Positions 1 to 12,005 of a stretch of 64,000 nt of DNA are shown here, piece by piece; within the stretch, counting starts at the first letter, position 1, and each line of letters begins with the position of its first letter. The notes under the pieces are model-generated. The model had not been told where the DNA came from and ran no database searches. It was given only the letters and a program-made list of their open reading frames with translations. A program made the translations under genes and the position numbers. The stretch is from Leucoraja erinacea (lineage: Eukaryota), in assembly GCF_028641065.1 (NCBI RefSeq), contig NC_073399.1, forward strand, positions 4,774,001-4,838,000. Reading direction: 5' to 3'.

Positions 1-109
1 GGAATTCATCATACATCTGCGCCACCTGCTGGCTTAAGGACTTACCCCGAATCCCTCCAAACTCAACTTTTTCTAGTTTAAATATATCTTGGGCTGTCAC
101 CAAGAAATC
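1..109 (-). CDS. DNAH9: Axonemal dynein heavy chain (probably DNAH9), coding exon 7, truncated by window edge
   Basis: After tttaaAG acceptor reads DFLVTAQDIFKLEKVEFGGIRGKSLSQQVAQMYDEF; phase 0 continues exon 6; resembles the DHC N1 region. Confidence 0.85.
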
Positions 110-549
110 CTTTAAAAAAAAACAACAAAGGACAAACGCAGTTGAAATTGCCGCATCTGCTTTACAGTTAGTTGTGAAGGCTCAATATTAGAGCTGATTT
201 ATAATGATCACCTTGGTAAATGTCTCCAATGCACATATATAAAGAGAAGAAATCTTGCCAATTAAGAGAGAAGTGAACACATTTGTGTTTGGTGTATTAA
301 AACTGTGAGCTTTTAACAAAGATTAGGCTCTTACTGAATAAGCTACCCTGTCACCTTTGTCCCATATAATTTTGATCTGTTCATTGCAGGTACAATGTCC
401 CTGGTAAACTGAATGAAGGGTTCATGATCCATGCTGCATCAGAAGGCTAAAAGAAATGAGAGATAAAACATTTGTGATTTCACAGAAGATATGAAATATA
501 AAGAAAACAGGGGGACAGAGGTCTAAGAGATCAGAAATTAATCTTGAGT

Positions 550-686
550 CTTCTTCGTCTTGCGTATGGTGTGCACAGCCTAAGGTCGTAGACACCAAAA
601 CACGACATCTCTTTGTTTGTGCACGTCGGGGTGATTGCATTAGTCGAAACAGGGTGGACCACGTGAAGGTCGCAGTTTCCAACCCC
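550..686 (-). mobile_element. Short non-autonomous retroposon with 5' HDV-like ribozyme and GAA tail (copy 1)
   Basis: TSD aatcttgagt (540-549) / aatctcgagt (687-696); homologous to 7889-8037. Confidence 0.85.
633..686 (-). ncRNA. Minimal HDV/CPEB3-like self-cleaving ribozyme candidate (some mismatches)
   Basis: GGGGUUG GA AACUGCG ACC UUCACGU GGU CCACCCU GU UUCGA CUAA UGCAAUC; G1-U wobble at the 5' end. Confidence 0.65.
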
Positions 687-2534
687 AATCTCGAGTGACG
701 AAGGGAGTAAACTCTTGGGCGGAGCACATCCCCCGGATGAATGAAGTGCAACGACGCACATTTGGAGCAAGGGAATCCAAACATGTTGCTTCAAGCAAGT
801 GTTTCTGTTCAGGTTTACAGATCAAAATAAATTAACATCGATTTTACTGATACAAGATGAAAGTAAGCTTGTACTTCTTTTCTGAAAAGATATTGCCCTT
901 GAGAACAAGTTCCCAAGTTATCTGAAGGATTCCAGAACTTGATAATTCCTTGATATATCCAATTATTAAGGATAAAGTTGCTAATTAGCTGCTTTTTTAA
1001 TAATTGAAGTGCAACTGCAGGCTCCTGGACTTTATATCATTGCCCAAGGACATTCATGGAATTATAGACTAACAAGGGTACAGAGAGTACATTTATCCCG
1101 TCATGCTTACGCAGATCTTTGGAACTGTTTTGTATTTTTGCTCTTTACTTACTTACTCTTTCTTCAAAACCGTATACTTGTTTAAGTTTTTCACCAATTA
1201 GATTTTAGATCTTATCGTTGGACCTGCTATTATCAGCTTATTAAGAATTGTGCTCCTATTCACAACAATTCTATGTGCAAGAGAATGGTTTCTCATCTTA
1301 GATCTCAGAATAGGCAGCAGAAGAGTTGGGCTGAGATAGGAGGATTCATTGGAGAGAGGAGAGATTGTAGATCATTGGAGGCTTGGTGAATATATCACTG
1401 CAAGAGTGCATGAGATCAGGAACCCAGCAGTCGTGAGGAGAGTGGATGGGAAGACTGCATCAGGTAAGTTAGTACAACAGTGGGGAATAAGCAAAACAAG
1501 TGGACTGGATCCAGCAGAAAAATTAAAATGCATTTACCCTCACCAACAGTCTCACTTTTCTTCAGTCTATAACTTTACCCAAGCCCAGGCAATCAATCTT
1601 TTTTTTAAAAAATAGATTAGGAGCAGCAAATGTCATTTTTATTTTTATTTTCAGAAGACAACGTTAATTCCTGTTTATATGAGAAGCACATCCTTTGTCG
1701 TCTACCCCATAATTATAAATGTGTCTCACGACACAAGCTCAAGTGCAACTCTATTATTCAACCAAAGGAGCAAATGGAGCCCACCAATAATTGCAGAGTT
1801 ATATCTCTTCATAATGCCACTACAAAAGAATACAACAGAACTTCAGTAGCATTTCCTAATAAAAAGTGACCTCAAAGATGACTTCATCACAAATGGTGAA
1901 GCACCCAATGGAAAAGTGTGTTGATACAGTGTTTATATGGTTATATGGTTATACTGCAGGTGCCATCTAGGAGTTGGAATCATCCATATAATAAACATTA
2001 ATTTTCTGGATTTTAACTTAATTACTTTCAAGAATTTATAGGAACATTTACCAGAGCTCTCGAGATTACAAATAAATAACAAACCACTTAGCTCTGCAGA
2101 AAGAATGGGCTGATGCCAATGACCGTCAGCTTTCTGTACTTTATCTTCCAAGTATTTCATTACCTCCAATCACTGACTTCATTAAACAGTTCTACATCAT
2201 TGTCATTAATTTTCTTGCACCATGAACATTCTGAAATGCATGTTAGGAGCATCCACACAGCACAACTTTAACCACAGACTCTTAAAGCTTACTAGAAAAA
2301 TAAAAGTCCTCAATGCATTAATAAGATAAATGAGGGGAAAAAATAACAGTGGTTTTCTGCACAAGCTATCTGCATCGTTAACTAATGCCATTAACTCAAA
2401 TGCTCCGACAAGTTTGATTTAAAAAAATTACAAGAAACTCGATATCATTAACGTATTTTGCAAAGATGGTTCCTGAAAAGAAAACTAAGGATACGAGATT
2501 CATTATATGTTATTACCGAAAGTGATCATCTTAC

Positions 2535-2768
2535 CTCAATCTGCTCAAGTCTCTTGAGGTGACAGTTCATTCGGGCAAAGATGAGCAGCGAATTAAAGTC
2601 CCACTCTCGCACTGTCTCATCCTCCTTGTAATAGCTCCTCAAATTTTCACGCTTTTCTTCAAAAATTTGCTTGAAAAAACAGAGGATGCCGGCGGCTTCC
2701 CGCACCTTGCTCAAGTTTTCGTCCACCTCACCCTTCAGGATGTCCTCCGGGTTGACATAAACACGTGC
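2535..2768 (-). CDS. DNAH9: DNAH9-like coding exon 6 (234 bp)
   Basis: ttgcAG|GCA...GAG|GTaaga; ARVYVNPEDILKGEVDE...WDFNSLLIFARMNCHLKRLEQIE. Confidence 0.88.
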
Positions 2769-3702
2769 CTGCAACATGTGGGAACAGCGTAGATACAATG
2801 AAGAAGCAGGAGGCGTTCTCAAGCACAATGTTGCCTGATGCTGACTTTCACATGGAATGAATGTGGAAACAGTCCAAGCATGCACAATGCTCGTTCCTCA
2901 GCGAGCTCAATTACTCATCCCAGCTGAGTTCAATGAAGGCTGAATCACCTTCTTCAACAAAAGGGAAGGACACAATTAAAGGGAGTGCTACAATCAGACT
3001 CTACTGAGCTGGTGTTGTAGCAGTGATAGGATGCTAGATGGGATCATGGCTCAAGGGCATACTGGCCTGACTTGAAGAACAACATAATAACATGGAAGGG
3101 GAGAGTAATTGTAAATTATTCAATATCTTTTGTCATAGAATCATACCACACAGGAACAGGCACTTCAGTCTAACTTGACCAAGACGGCCCATTTCCGCTT
3201 GTCCCATATGATGACATTTAGCTCACATCCCTTTACACCTTGTGCAAATCTATTACAGTTCCTGCCTCAACTACTTTCTCTGGCAGCTCAACTCATAAAC
3301 CCACCCCCCTCTGTGAAAAAGTTGCTCCTCGGGTTCCTGTTAAATCTTCCCGGATCTAACAGGGCATAATCTGTCAGAATGGCAGATATTCCAGATCAAC
3401 TCAATACTCTTAAATCACTCTTTTATTATCTATGCAACGCAGTATTAAAATACATTTTCCAATTCATCAGCTATGTTGAAAAGGAACATGTCAACTGCAG
3501 TTGCATGGAGGTGAAAGGTAGCATGGGGTCAGGGCCCAAATATGTTAAATACATTGTAGGGATCAGGGCCACAGTGAGGGGAAAGTGAGAGCGGGAACTG
3601 GAGACCCAGCGAGTGGAAAGGCAGACGGGAACAGGGACTCCATAAGCAAAGAGGGAACTTGGGCACTGCGGACTCCACTGAGTGAAAAGGGAGAAAGAAT
3701 GT

Positions 3703-4006
3703 ACGGCGGTGCAGCGGTAGAGTTGATGCCTTTCAGCACCAGAGACCTGGGTTCAACCCTGACTACGGGTGCTATCTGTACCGAGTTTGTACGTTCTCCC
3801 TGTGACTGCATGGGTTTTCTCGGGGGCTCTGGTTTTCCTCCCACACGCCAATGACATACAGGTTCGTAGGTTAAATTGGCTTCGCGAAAAATGTATAAAT
3901 TCCCTGGTATTTATGATAGAACTAGTGTGTGGGGGTGATCGCTGGTCGGCACGGACTCGGTGGGCCGAAGGGCCTGTTTCCGCGCTGTATCTCTAAACTA
4001 AACTAA
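3703..4006 (+). mobile_element. HE1-like V-SINE, near full length
   Basis: tRNA-like head (GCAGCGGTAGAG...GGTTCAACCC), V-domain GGTTTTCCTCCCAC, CR1-type tail with (CTAAA)n. Confidence 0.85.
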
Positions 4007-4166
4007 GAATGTGGGTTCCAGTGAATGGACAGGGAGCTTGGGAACTGGGTGTCCAATCAGTCACCCCACTTGAGTCAGATACCAAACCATCTAGATTTCC
4101 AAATAGTCATGTAATATTTTATCGGCGTTTTGTCTGTAGTGACCAGATCACTGCCGTTGACGGTAC

Positions 4167-4378
4167 CTGCTGAATAAGAAGGTTGCAGGTCTCCTGCAAC
4201 AGGACAATGATACGAGCTGGGGTGTTGTAGTACTTAGATCTGGCCCAGACCAGGCACACCAGGTGCATGAAGCAGCTCAGCATTGGCTTCAGCTCATTGA
4301 AGTCCGCATTCTCAATATCCTCAAAATGGCACTGGAGTGGCTTCAAATGCAAAGTGACATCCCTTGCTTCAGTCAGAG
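4167..4378 (-). CDS. DNAH9: DNAH9-like coding exon 5 (212 bp)
   Basis: tgccAG|CT...CAG|GTaccg; ALTEARDVTLHLKPL...YYNTPARIIVLLQETCNLLIQQ. Confidence 0.9.
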
Positions 4379-5518
4379 CTGGCAGGAGACAGTGATAAAC
4401 ACAAATTAGATGATGTTAAGCCTCTCATGCAGACGCGGATGTATTGCAGTGAAAATGTAGCAATTTATTTTGAACTGCTCAGTCTTGTCCAGCTGACCAG
4501 TATTCAAGTATTTGGGAAATCAACTCATGACCTGCAGTGAATTCACCCTTCCAACTGAGGTGTAGATTTATTATTTGCTTATATATGCACACACCTGGCA
4601 AATTCCAACACTTACTTTGTATGTAGATAAACAAGAGAAAAGTATGCAGGTGAAAATAGCAATATAACTCCATTAAAGTATTGGGACATCATTTTAATAT
4701 AGATAATGCTGCAACTGTACAGTCCGACATTGTGCTCTATCTACTGATAAATCATTTGTACATCCCCTAGACATTGTATTGGTGGAATATCCAGAGGAAG
4801 GGGAGAGAAAGAGCAATGCACATATCAATGGTACATCCAATCAAACTTGCTACTTATAGCTTCTCTGGAGAGAAGGAATGGGTGACGTTTGTGGGTTGAC
4901 GTCCTACTTCAGACTTCTTCAGAGGCTGAAGATGCATCTCGACCCGAAACGTCACCCATTCCTTCTCTCCGGGGATGCTGCCTGTCCCACTGAGTTACTC
5001 CAGCATTTTGTGTCTATCTATGGTATATAGGCAGCATCTTCAGTTCCTTCCCACACATTGCTATTTATATCTATGTTAACACTTTTGACCAGAACCCAGG
5101 TCCATTAAGTAATATCAATGCCCTTAAACAAAAAAACAAAAAATACCATAAATAGTAATAAATAGACACTTCAAACACTCAACAGTAATTGTGGAGAGAG
5201 GGAAAAAAAGAGTTAATACTTCTGTGTGAGAGTTGAGCAGATGAGGAGTCATTAAATTGAAACATGAACTACATGTCTTTCTCCAGATATTGAGCCTTTC
5301 CATCATTCTGTATTAAACTCACTGAAATGGTTCTACAAAGTAATATCCACCCATCATATGATTCATATCTTGTCTCCATTAATGTGACCAGAAAAGTGAA
5401 ACTGACTGCATAAAATAATGGCTGTACAATATTGGAAATTAAAGAACAATTCACAGGGCGCTGACTTAATTGGAAAGATTTTGATTTCCCGATTCATCTT
5501 ACGAATTTGAGCTCCTAC

Positions 5519-5649
5519 CTGCAACAACGTCACTGAACATGGTTTTAAACACTGGGAAGTAGCTGCTCCCCATCCTCTCCAGTAACTCCACCATCTTCCT
5601 CACTTTTCTTGACCTCAGCTGATCGTAAATGCATTTCAAGTTACTGCAC
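5519..5649 (-). CDS. DNAH9: DNAH9-like coding exon 4 (131 bp)
   Basis: ccttAG|G...G|GTagga; CSNLKCIYDQLRSRKVRKMVELLERMGSSYFPVFK. Confidence 0.9.
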
Positions 5650-6039
5650 CTAAGGCAGGTTGAAATCAAAGTCAAAGAATTGTAATTAGTAAACACATCA
5701 ACACATTTACTAATACATCAACAATGCATCTGAATGACAGTGCTTTGAAGGCAATGCGAGAGGTTAAATAGTCTTAAAGAAACACAACTTCACTGCTCTC
5801 CAATTCAATGCAAGGGGTTTCAACAGTAGTAGCAATGTGCCTGAAGGGCCTGTCCCACTTGTGCGATTTTTTTCGGCGGCTTGCCGGCACCTGTCATAGT
5901 CGCAGCAGGTCACCGAAAATTTTCAACATGTTGAAAATCCAGCAGCGACCAGAAAAAGGTACGACTCTTTGAGTGACTACTCACGACCATACATGTCACG
6001 GGATGATCTGGTCACCACTGGATTTTCAACATGTTCTAC

Positions 6040-6415
6040 CGATCTATCCATCTCATGATTTTGTAGACCACTATAAGATCCCCCCCTCATCCTCCTGCGC
6101 TCCATGGAATAGAGACCCTGCCTACTCAACCTCTCTCTATAGCTCACACCCTCTAGTCCCGGCAACATCCTCATAAATCTTTTCTGAACCCTTTCAAGCT
6201 TGGCAATATCTTTCCCATAACATGGTGCCCAGAACTGAACACGATATTCGAAATGCGGTCTCACCAACGTCTTATACAACTGCAGCATGACCTCCCAACT
6301 TCCGTGCTCAATACTCTGACTGATGAAGGCCAAAATGCCAAAAGCCTTTTTGACCACCTTATCTACCTGCGACTCCACCTTCAAGGAACCATGCACCTGT
6401 AGTCCTAGATCCCCC
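6040..6415 (-). mobile_element. CR1 LINE ORF2 3' fragment
   Basis: LYKTLVRPHFEYRVQFWAP...LERVQKRFMRMLPGL. Confidence 0.85.
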
Positions 6416-6549
6416 TGCCTTAATGTGCGGGGATCACTGGTCAGTGAGGACTCGATCGGCCGAAGAGTCTGTTTCCGCGCTGTATCTCTAAATTAAACTA
6501 AACTAAACAAATGTCTGTCCAAATCCAGGTAGTTTTGAAGGAACGGTAC

Positions 6550-6708
6550 CTGTTTTTCCAGAACTCCTGTTCCACATTTGGGTTGGGATTGTAGCCAGCC
6601 AGCAAAGGTTCAGAAGAGTCTCTCTTCAGCACATCGTTGATCTGGTGGCTCCAGTCAATGATAACAGACTCCACTGCATGTGCCACCCCTTTATCTAGAC
6701 TGCTACCA
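6550..6708 (-). CDS. DNAH9: DNAH9-like coding exon 3 (159 bp)
   Basis: ttgcAG|T...AG|GTaccg; SLDKGVAHAVESVIIDWSHQINDVLKRDSSEPLLAGYNPNPNVEQEFWKN. Confidence 0.9.
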
Positions 6709-7556
6709 CTGCAAGGAGATCAGAGAAATGCATTAAACACATCCATTGTCCCAAACACTGTGTTGCAAATTCCGTCATATTGTGGTTGAGATCCCCAGGA
6801 AATATTCCATTCCCATTGGAATTTTTGTACAGGCTTCCAAGCACCATGCTCCATCATCCCTGCCTGGAACAAACATGTAATTTTTAGGACATCTTGAAAA
6901 TGTGTCTACATCCCGACCCATGTGCCAGCCACAATGTCATACTGTGCCTAGCATGACTGAAAGGTAGCCATAAATACATGACTTATTCCCATCAATCACT
7001 TCAGAAGCAGAAGTGATACATACACATTCTAACTGTGGCCATCACATCCCTTGGATTGTCCTGAACCTTGCAAATGGTGCCATAGAGTGTACACTCCATA
7101 CCCTCAGTGGCTCCGATCAGAGTTGTAAATTTTTCCTAGAACCCACGGTGCTGGACTAACTCAGCGACTCGGGAAACATCTCTGGAGAACATGGATAGGC
7201 AACGTTTCGGACAGGATATTTCTGCAGTCGGATGAAGGATCCCAAACCGAAATGCGGAGAAATGTCTTTAGTCAGAGGGTGATGAATCTGTGGAATGTGC
7301 CACAGAAGGCTGTGGATGCCAAGTCAGCGGATATTATTAAGGCAGAGATAGATAGATTCTTGATTAGTACGGGTGTCAGAGGTTATGAGGAGAAGGCAGG
7401 AGAATGGCATTGGGAGAGAGAGATAGATCAGCCATGATTGAATGGCGGAGGGGAATTGATGGGCCGAATGGCCTAATTCTAATCATGTTCGTTTTGACCT
7501 TATGACCTAAAAGCAAGTGGCCTTTTATTCAGAAAAACATTTGGATAGGCCCTTAC

Positions 7557-7744
7557 TTTTTGCGCAAACCAATAGCAGCTCTCTCTGCTCCGACGGGCAA
7601 AGGCAGCATCGTCTTGCCCTGCACTTGCCCCACAACTACAAAGACACTGCTCTTTAGGCTGTGGGCGTGACGTACGACATCTTGGGACACAACCTGCGGC
7701 CAATAGCCGTGATTCCTGCTGTTGGTCAAAACCGGCACCACTAC
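7557..7744 (-). CDS. DNAH9: DNAH9-like coding exon 2 (188 bp)
   Basis: ctccAG|GTA...AA|GTaagg; VVVPVLTNSRNHGYWPQVVSQDVVRHAHSLKSSVFVVVGQVQGKTMLPLP; RHAHSL segment favours DNAH9 over DNAH11/17. Confidence 0.88.
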
Positions 7745-7888
7745 CTGGAGAGAACAAGAGAGAGCGCTGGTTAATGTAGAGCTGAGCACATTATACACTA
7801 TCCTATATGTTATTGAAGATTCACATACATTTGCTCTCTTCAAACTTACAATAGAGTCATAGAATCGTACAGCATGGAAACAAGCCCT

Positions 7889-7942
7889 GGGGTGGGAGAT
7901 TGCAACCTTCACGTGGTCCGCCCCGTTTCGACGAATGTAATC
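7889..7942 (+). ncRNA. Minimal HDV/CPEB3-like self-cleaving ribozyme candidate (fully paired)
   Basis: P1 7889-95/7918-24, P2 7898-904/7936-42, P3 ACC/GGU, L3 UUCACGU, J4/2 CGAA with putative catalytic C7932. Confidence 0.8.
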
Positions 7943-8037
7943 AACCCGGCATGTACAATCAAATAAGATCAAAAAGACCAAGTTGGCCTACAACTTTAGG
8001 CTGTGCACGTCATACGCAAGAAGAAGAAGAAGAAGAA
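7889..8037 (+). mobile_element. Short non-autonomous retroposon with 5' HDV-like ribozyme and (GAA)n tail (copy 2)
   Basis: Perfect 12-bp TSD gaaacaagccct (7877-7888 / 8038-8049); ends CATACGC(AAG)n. Confidence 0.88.
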
Positions 8038-8098
8038 GAAACAAGCCCTATGGCCCAACTTCCCCACATCGACCCTAGTGAGGGCCCTGTACAGGGAT

Positions 8099-8676
8099 TG
8101 TACAGGGCCCTAGTGAGACCACACCTGGAGTATTGTGTGCAGTTTTGGTCTCCAAATTTGAGGAAGGACATTCTTGCCATTGAGAGAGTGCAGCGTAGTT
8201 TTACAAGGTTAATTCCCGGGATGGCGGGACTGTCATATGTTGATAGAATGGAACAGCTGGGCTTGTATACTCTGGAATTTAGAAGGATGAGAGAGGATCT
8301 TATAGAAACATATAAGATTATTAAGGGTTTGGACACGCTAGAGGCAGGAATCATGTTCCCGATGTTGAGGGAGTCCTGAACCAGGGGCCACAGTTTAAGA
8401 ATATGGGGTAAGCCACTTAGAACAGAGATGAGGAAGCATTTTTTCCACACAGAGAGTTGTGAGACTGTGGAATTCTCTGCCTCAGAGGACGGTGGAGGCT
8501 GGTTCTCTGGATACTTTCAAGAGAGTTAAATAGAGCTCTTAAAGATAGCGGAGTCAAGGGATATGGGGAGAAAGCAGGAACGGGGTACTGATTGTGGATG
8601 ATCAGCCATGATCACATTGAATGGCGGTGCTGGCTCGAAGGGCCGAATGGCCTACCCCTGCACCTATTGTCTATTG
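8099..8676 (+). mobile_element. CR1 LINE 3' end
   Basis: LYRALVRPHLEYCVQFWSP...; CR1 3' UTR and tail. Confidence 0.9.
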
Positions 8677-10039
8677 TCCTTCGCCCCTACCTCACCTGAC
8701 AGCTTGTTCCACACACCCACCCCCATTTGTGTGATAAAGTTACCCCTCAGGTTCTTATTAGATCTTTCCCTCCTTACCCTAAACCCATGTCCTCTGATCG
8801 TTGATTTTGAAATTATGCATAGCTCAGTTCCTGGCAGACTGCTGGTGCCTTGGTCTGCAAGATTCATAGCTGCACGGGATACCTCCAACGGATTTCTAGA
8901 CCCCCAACAGTCTGTCTGGCTTTTCATCTTTCTTTTTGTTATTTTTAGTGTGTTTTAAAAGTTTTAGTTAATGTTCTCTTGTTTGTTTTATGGTGGGGGG
9001 TGAGGGAGGGGGAAACTTTTTTTTGTTCTATTACCTTGCCGGAGCTACGCTTGTTTACCGGATCGTATCACCAGTCACTCCGCGGCCTAACATCATGGAG
9101 CTGGCGGCCTGGCTCGGAACTAACTTTGAGCCCCACCGTGGGGACGTGGACTTACCATCGGAGCCGACCCCTTGCCTAGGATGACAAATCATAACTTGTC
9201 TCTTGACCTGCTGCTTGAGTTTTGCACTCACTGGGTTCTAATCAGGAACCTTTTTCAGCGATATGATTGCAGCCAAATATCTCACGGCAATTATCACATT
9301 GCTGTCAATGAAGCAGCCTTTTTCAAAGCATTTGCTAAGCAACAGGAAACAAAGGTAACAACTCATTTTATGATTACAAACACACTGTCATATAAACTGT
9401 CTCTAAGCAGCTCATTCTGTACACAATGAGTAATGGCACCTGATATACAGTATAACTCTATCCAATCTTCCAACACTAACCAACACTAGGAATATCCTAA
9501 TACACAATTTACCAAGCAACAAGACACAAAAACAAACTGGCAGCTATCCAGTTCTTTTGAAGTTAGTCTGAAGAAGGGTTTCGGCCCGAAAAGTTGCCTA
9601 TTTCCTTCGCTCCATAGATGCTGCCGCACCCGCTGAGTTTCTCCAGCATTTTTGTCTACCCAGTTCTTTTGTTGGTTTTAAAATCTTCACATGGTAACAT
9701 GATGAGCAATTTTAAACCTGCTAATCCTGAAGCTTAAGGTGCTACATTTTATCTCCATTGATTAATTTTGCAGATTTCTACCTTCGACCCAATGCTATCA
9801 TGTTTTTCTAACAGAACAGATGCATAACTTCAAGCAGCCCTCCAGTGTAGTTGCTTTTGTTTCCAGGGTTGGATGTTATGTGTCACAAAGCAATTCAACT
9901 GTGGTAACATCACAAAGGCACGTCCCATCCGCATTTACATTTTTCCTTCTAAGACTTGTTGGATATTTGGTAACTCAGTGAGCCCAGTATGAATTCTATT
10001 CACATCCCTGCTCACTCAGTCCCGTCTGGGACATCCCTT

Positions 10040-11045
10040 GTGTGTCTGGTCATACCCAGCCACTGACACTCTCCTCTGCCTAGCGGAGCTGGTCCTTACC
10101 CTCAATAACTTCACGTTCGACTCCTCCCACTTTCCAAATACAAGGCGTAGCTATGGGCACACGCATGGGCCCCAGCTATGCCTGCCTATTTGTAGATTAC
10201 GTCGAGCAATCCTTGAACTACATACCAGTGACCTTATGCTGCTTCGACGACTGGTGGACCTCCTGGCCACTGACTGACTTCCCAGTTGAACTTCCATGCA
10301 GAAGGTACACCAGGTTTCCGACACTCCACATTCCTTGACCTCACTATCTCTATTGCAGGGGTAACCGATCAGTCCCTGGCTATCTGGAACACTTCTCCCA
10401 CTGCTTTCTGTAAGGACTTTCTACGCCGCATCTGCTGATGAGGCGTTCCACACCAGGACATCTGTCCTCACTATTCAGGGAACTGAGCTGTTCTTCCATA
10501 CCCCGCAACACTGCTCTCTCTCCCATCCCCGCACTCGCAACAAGGGCCGAGTCCCCCTAGTTCATTATCCTCCATCAGTTTGAAAGATGGATTCTTCCCT
10601 TCCCTCTCGGTCTACCCCCTCCCCGGTCACTTTCCCTTGCAACCGCAAGAGATGCAAAGACAAAACAGGCACAAAAGCTGTCATTGCAAATCCTCTCATC
10701 TATATATGATAGAAATTATTGCCAGTTTGCAGCTCAATTGATTTGATTTACTTGAATGAAGCGTTAAAGATCATCGTTTGCCCTCGGTCCGCAATAATCA
10801 GGGAGTCCCTGGCACTTCAACTCCCCCTATACCTCTCTTTGGGTCTCCTCCATGGGGAGCAAAATGAGGAGCATATGAGTCTGCACAGCAAAACCCAATT
10901 TTGTTAGTCTGTGAAGACTTCCCCTTCCTCGGCTGCTGTCTCCTTCAATGCACTCCTCCTTTTCCCTTTTGTGCCTCAAATCAGTCTGAAGAGGGTTTCG
11001 GCCCGAACGTTGCCTAACATAGATGCTGCTGACCCGGATAACATG
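10040..11045 (+). mobile_element. Degraded Penelope-like RT/EN fragments with hammerhead-type end
   Basis: LAELVLTLNNFTFDS, MGTRMGPSYACLFV; ctgaagagggtttcggcccgaac at about 10986. Confidence 0.75.
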
Positions 11046-11449
11046 TTGTAACTTCAGCTTCACTTTAATGAACTTATACAGAAATGTCCTTTCTTAGATT
11101 CAAAGAACTAGATAAAGTGTTATGCTTTACGGTCGAGGCCATTATCCAAGTTGAAATGCAGAAGGTGAACAGGTTTGCTCCACAGTTCTGTTGAAGGGTC
11201 ATCAGTCTGAAACACTAACTCTTTCAGTTTCTTCGATGCTGCCTGGCCCTGAGTGCTTCCAGCATTTTATTATTGAAAGATGGAAGAGACAAAACAGGCA
11301 CAAAGCTGTCATTGCAAATCCTCATCTATATATGATAGAAATTATTGCCAGTTTGCAGCTCAATTGATTTGATTTACTTGAATGAAGCGTTAAAGATCAT
11401 GCCCTGGTTATCAGGGAGTCTGGTTATATTTTGAAGGGAAAATATCCCT

Positions 11450-12005
11450 TGATTCCATTCAGCATTGTAAGAGCTAAATCTAGCTCTCCAATGGCTTTTT
11501 GAAACATACATCCATAGAAAATGAATTGGCCTCCACTGTTAGCCTTTCTGTGGCATTGGCCTCCACTGCCTTCCGTGGAGAATTCCAGAGATTCACTACT
11601 CTCTGGGTGAAAAGGTTTTTCTCATCTCAGTCCTAAATGGCTTACCTCTTATTCTTTAACTGTGACCCCTGCTTCTGGACTCCCCCAACATCTTGAACAT
11701 TTTGCCTGCATCAAGCCTGTCCAATCCTTTAAGTATTGCATATGTTTCTATAAGATATCCTCTCATCCTTCTAAATTCCAGTGAATACAAGCCCAGTCGA
11801 CCCATTCTTTCATCACAGGTCAGTTCCGCCATCCCGGGAATTAAATTGGTGAACCTATGCTGCACTCCCTCAATAGCAAGAATGTCCTTCCTTAAATTAG
11901 GAGAACTAAACTGCACTAGTTTAGTGAACTAGTCTCACCAAGGAGATACAACTGCAGTAGGATCTCCTTGCTCCTATACCCAAATCCTCTTGCTATGAAG
12001 GCCAA
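11450..12005 (-). mobile_element. CR1 LINE 3' fragment, partly garbled
   Basis: QFSSPNLRKDILAIEGVQHRFTNLIPGM. Confidence 0.85.

Noticed and set aside
3703-3790. tRNA gene
   Set aside because: It is the tRNA-derived head of an HE1-like SINE; no complete cloverleaf
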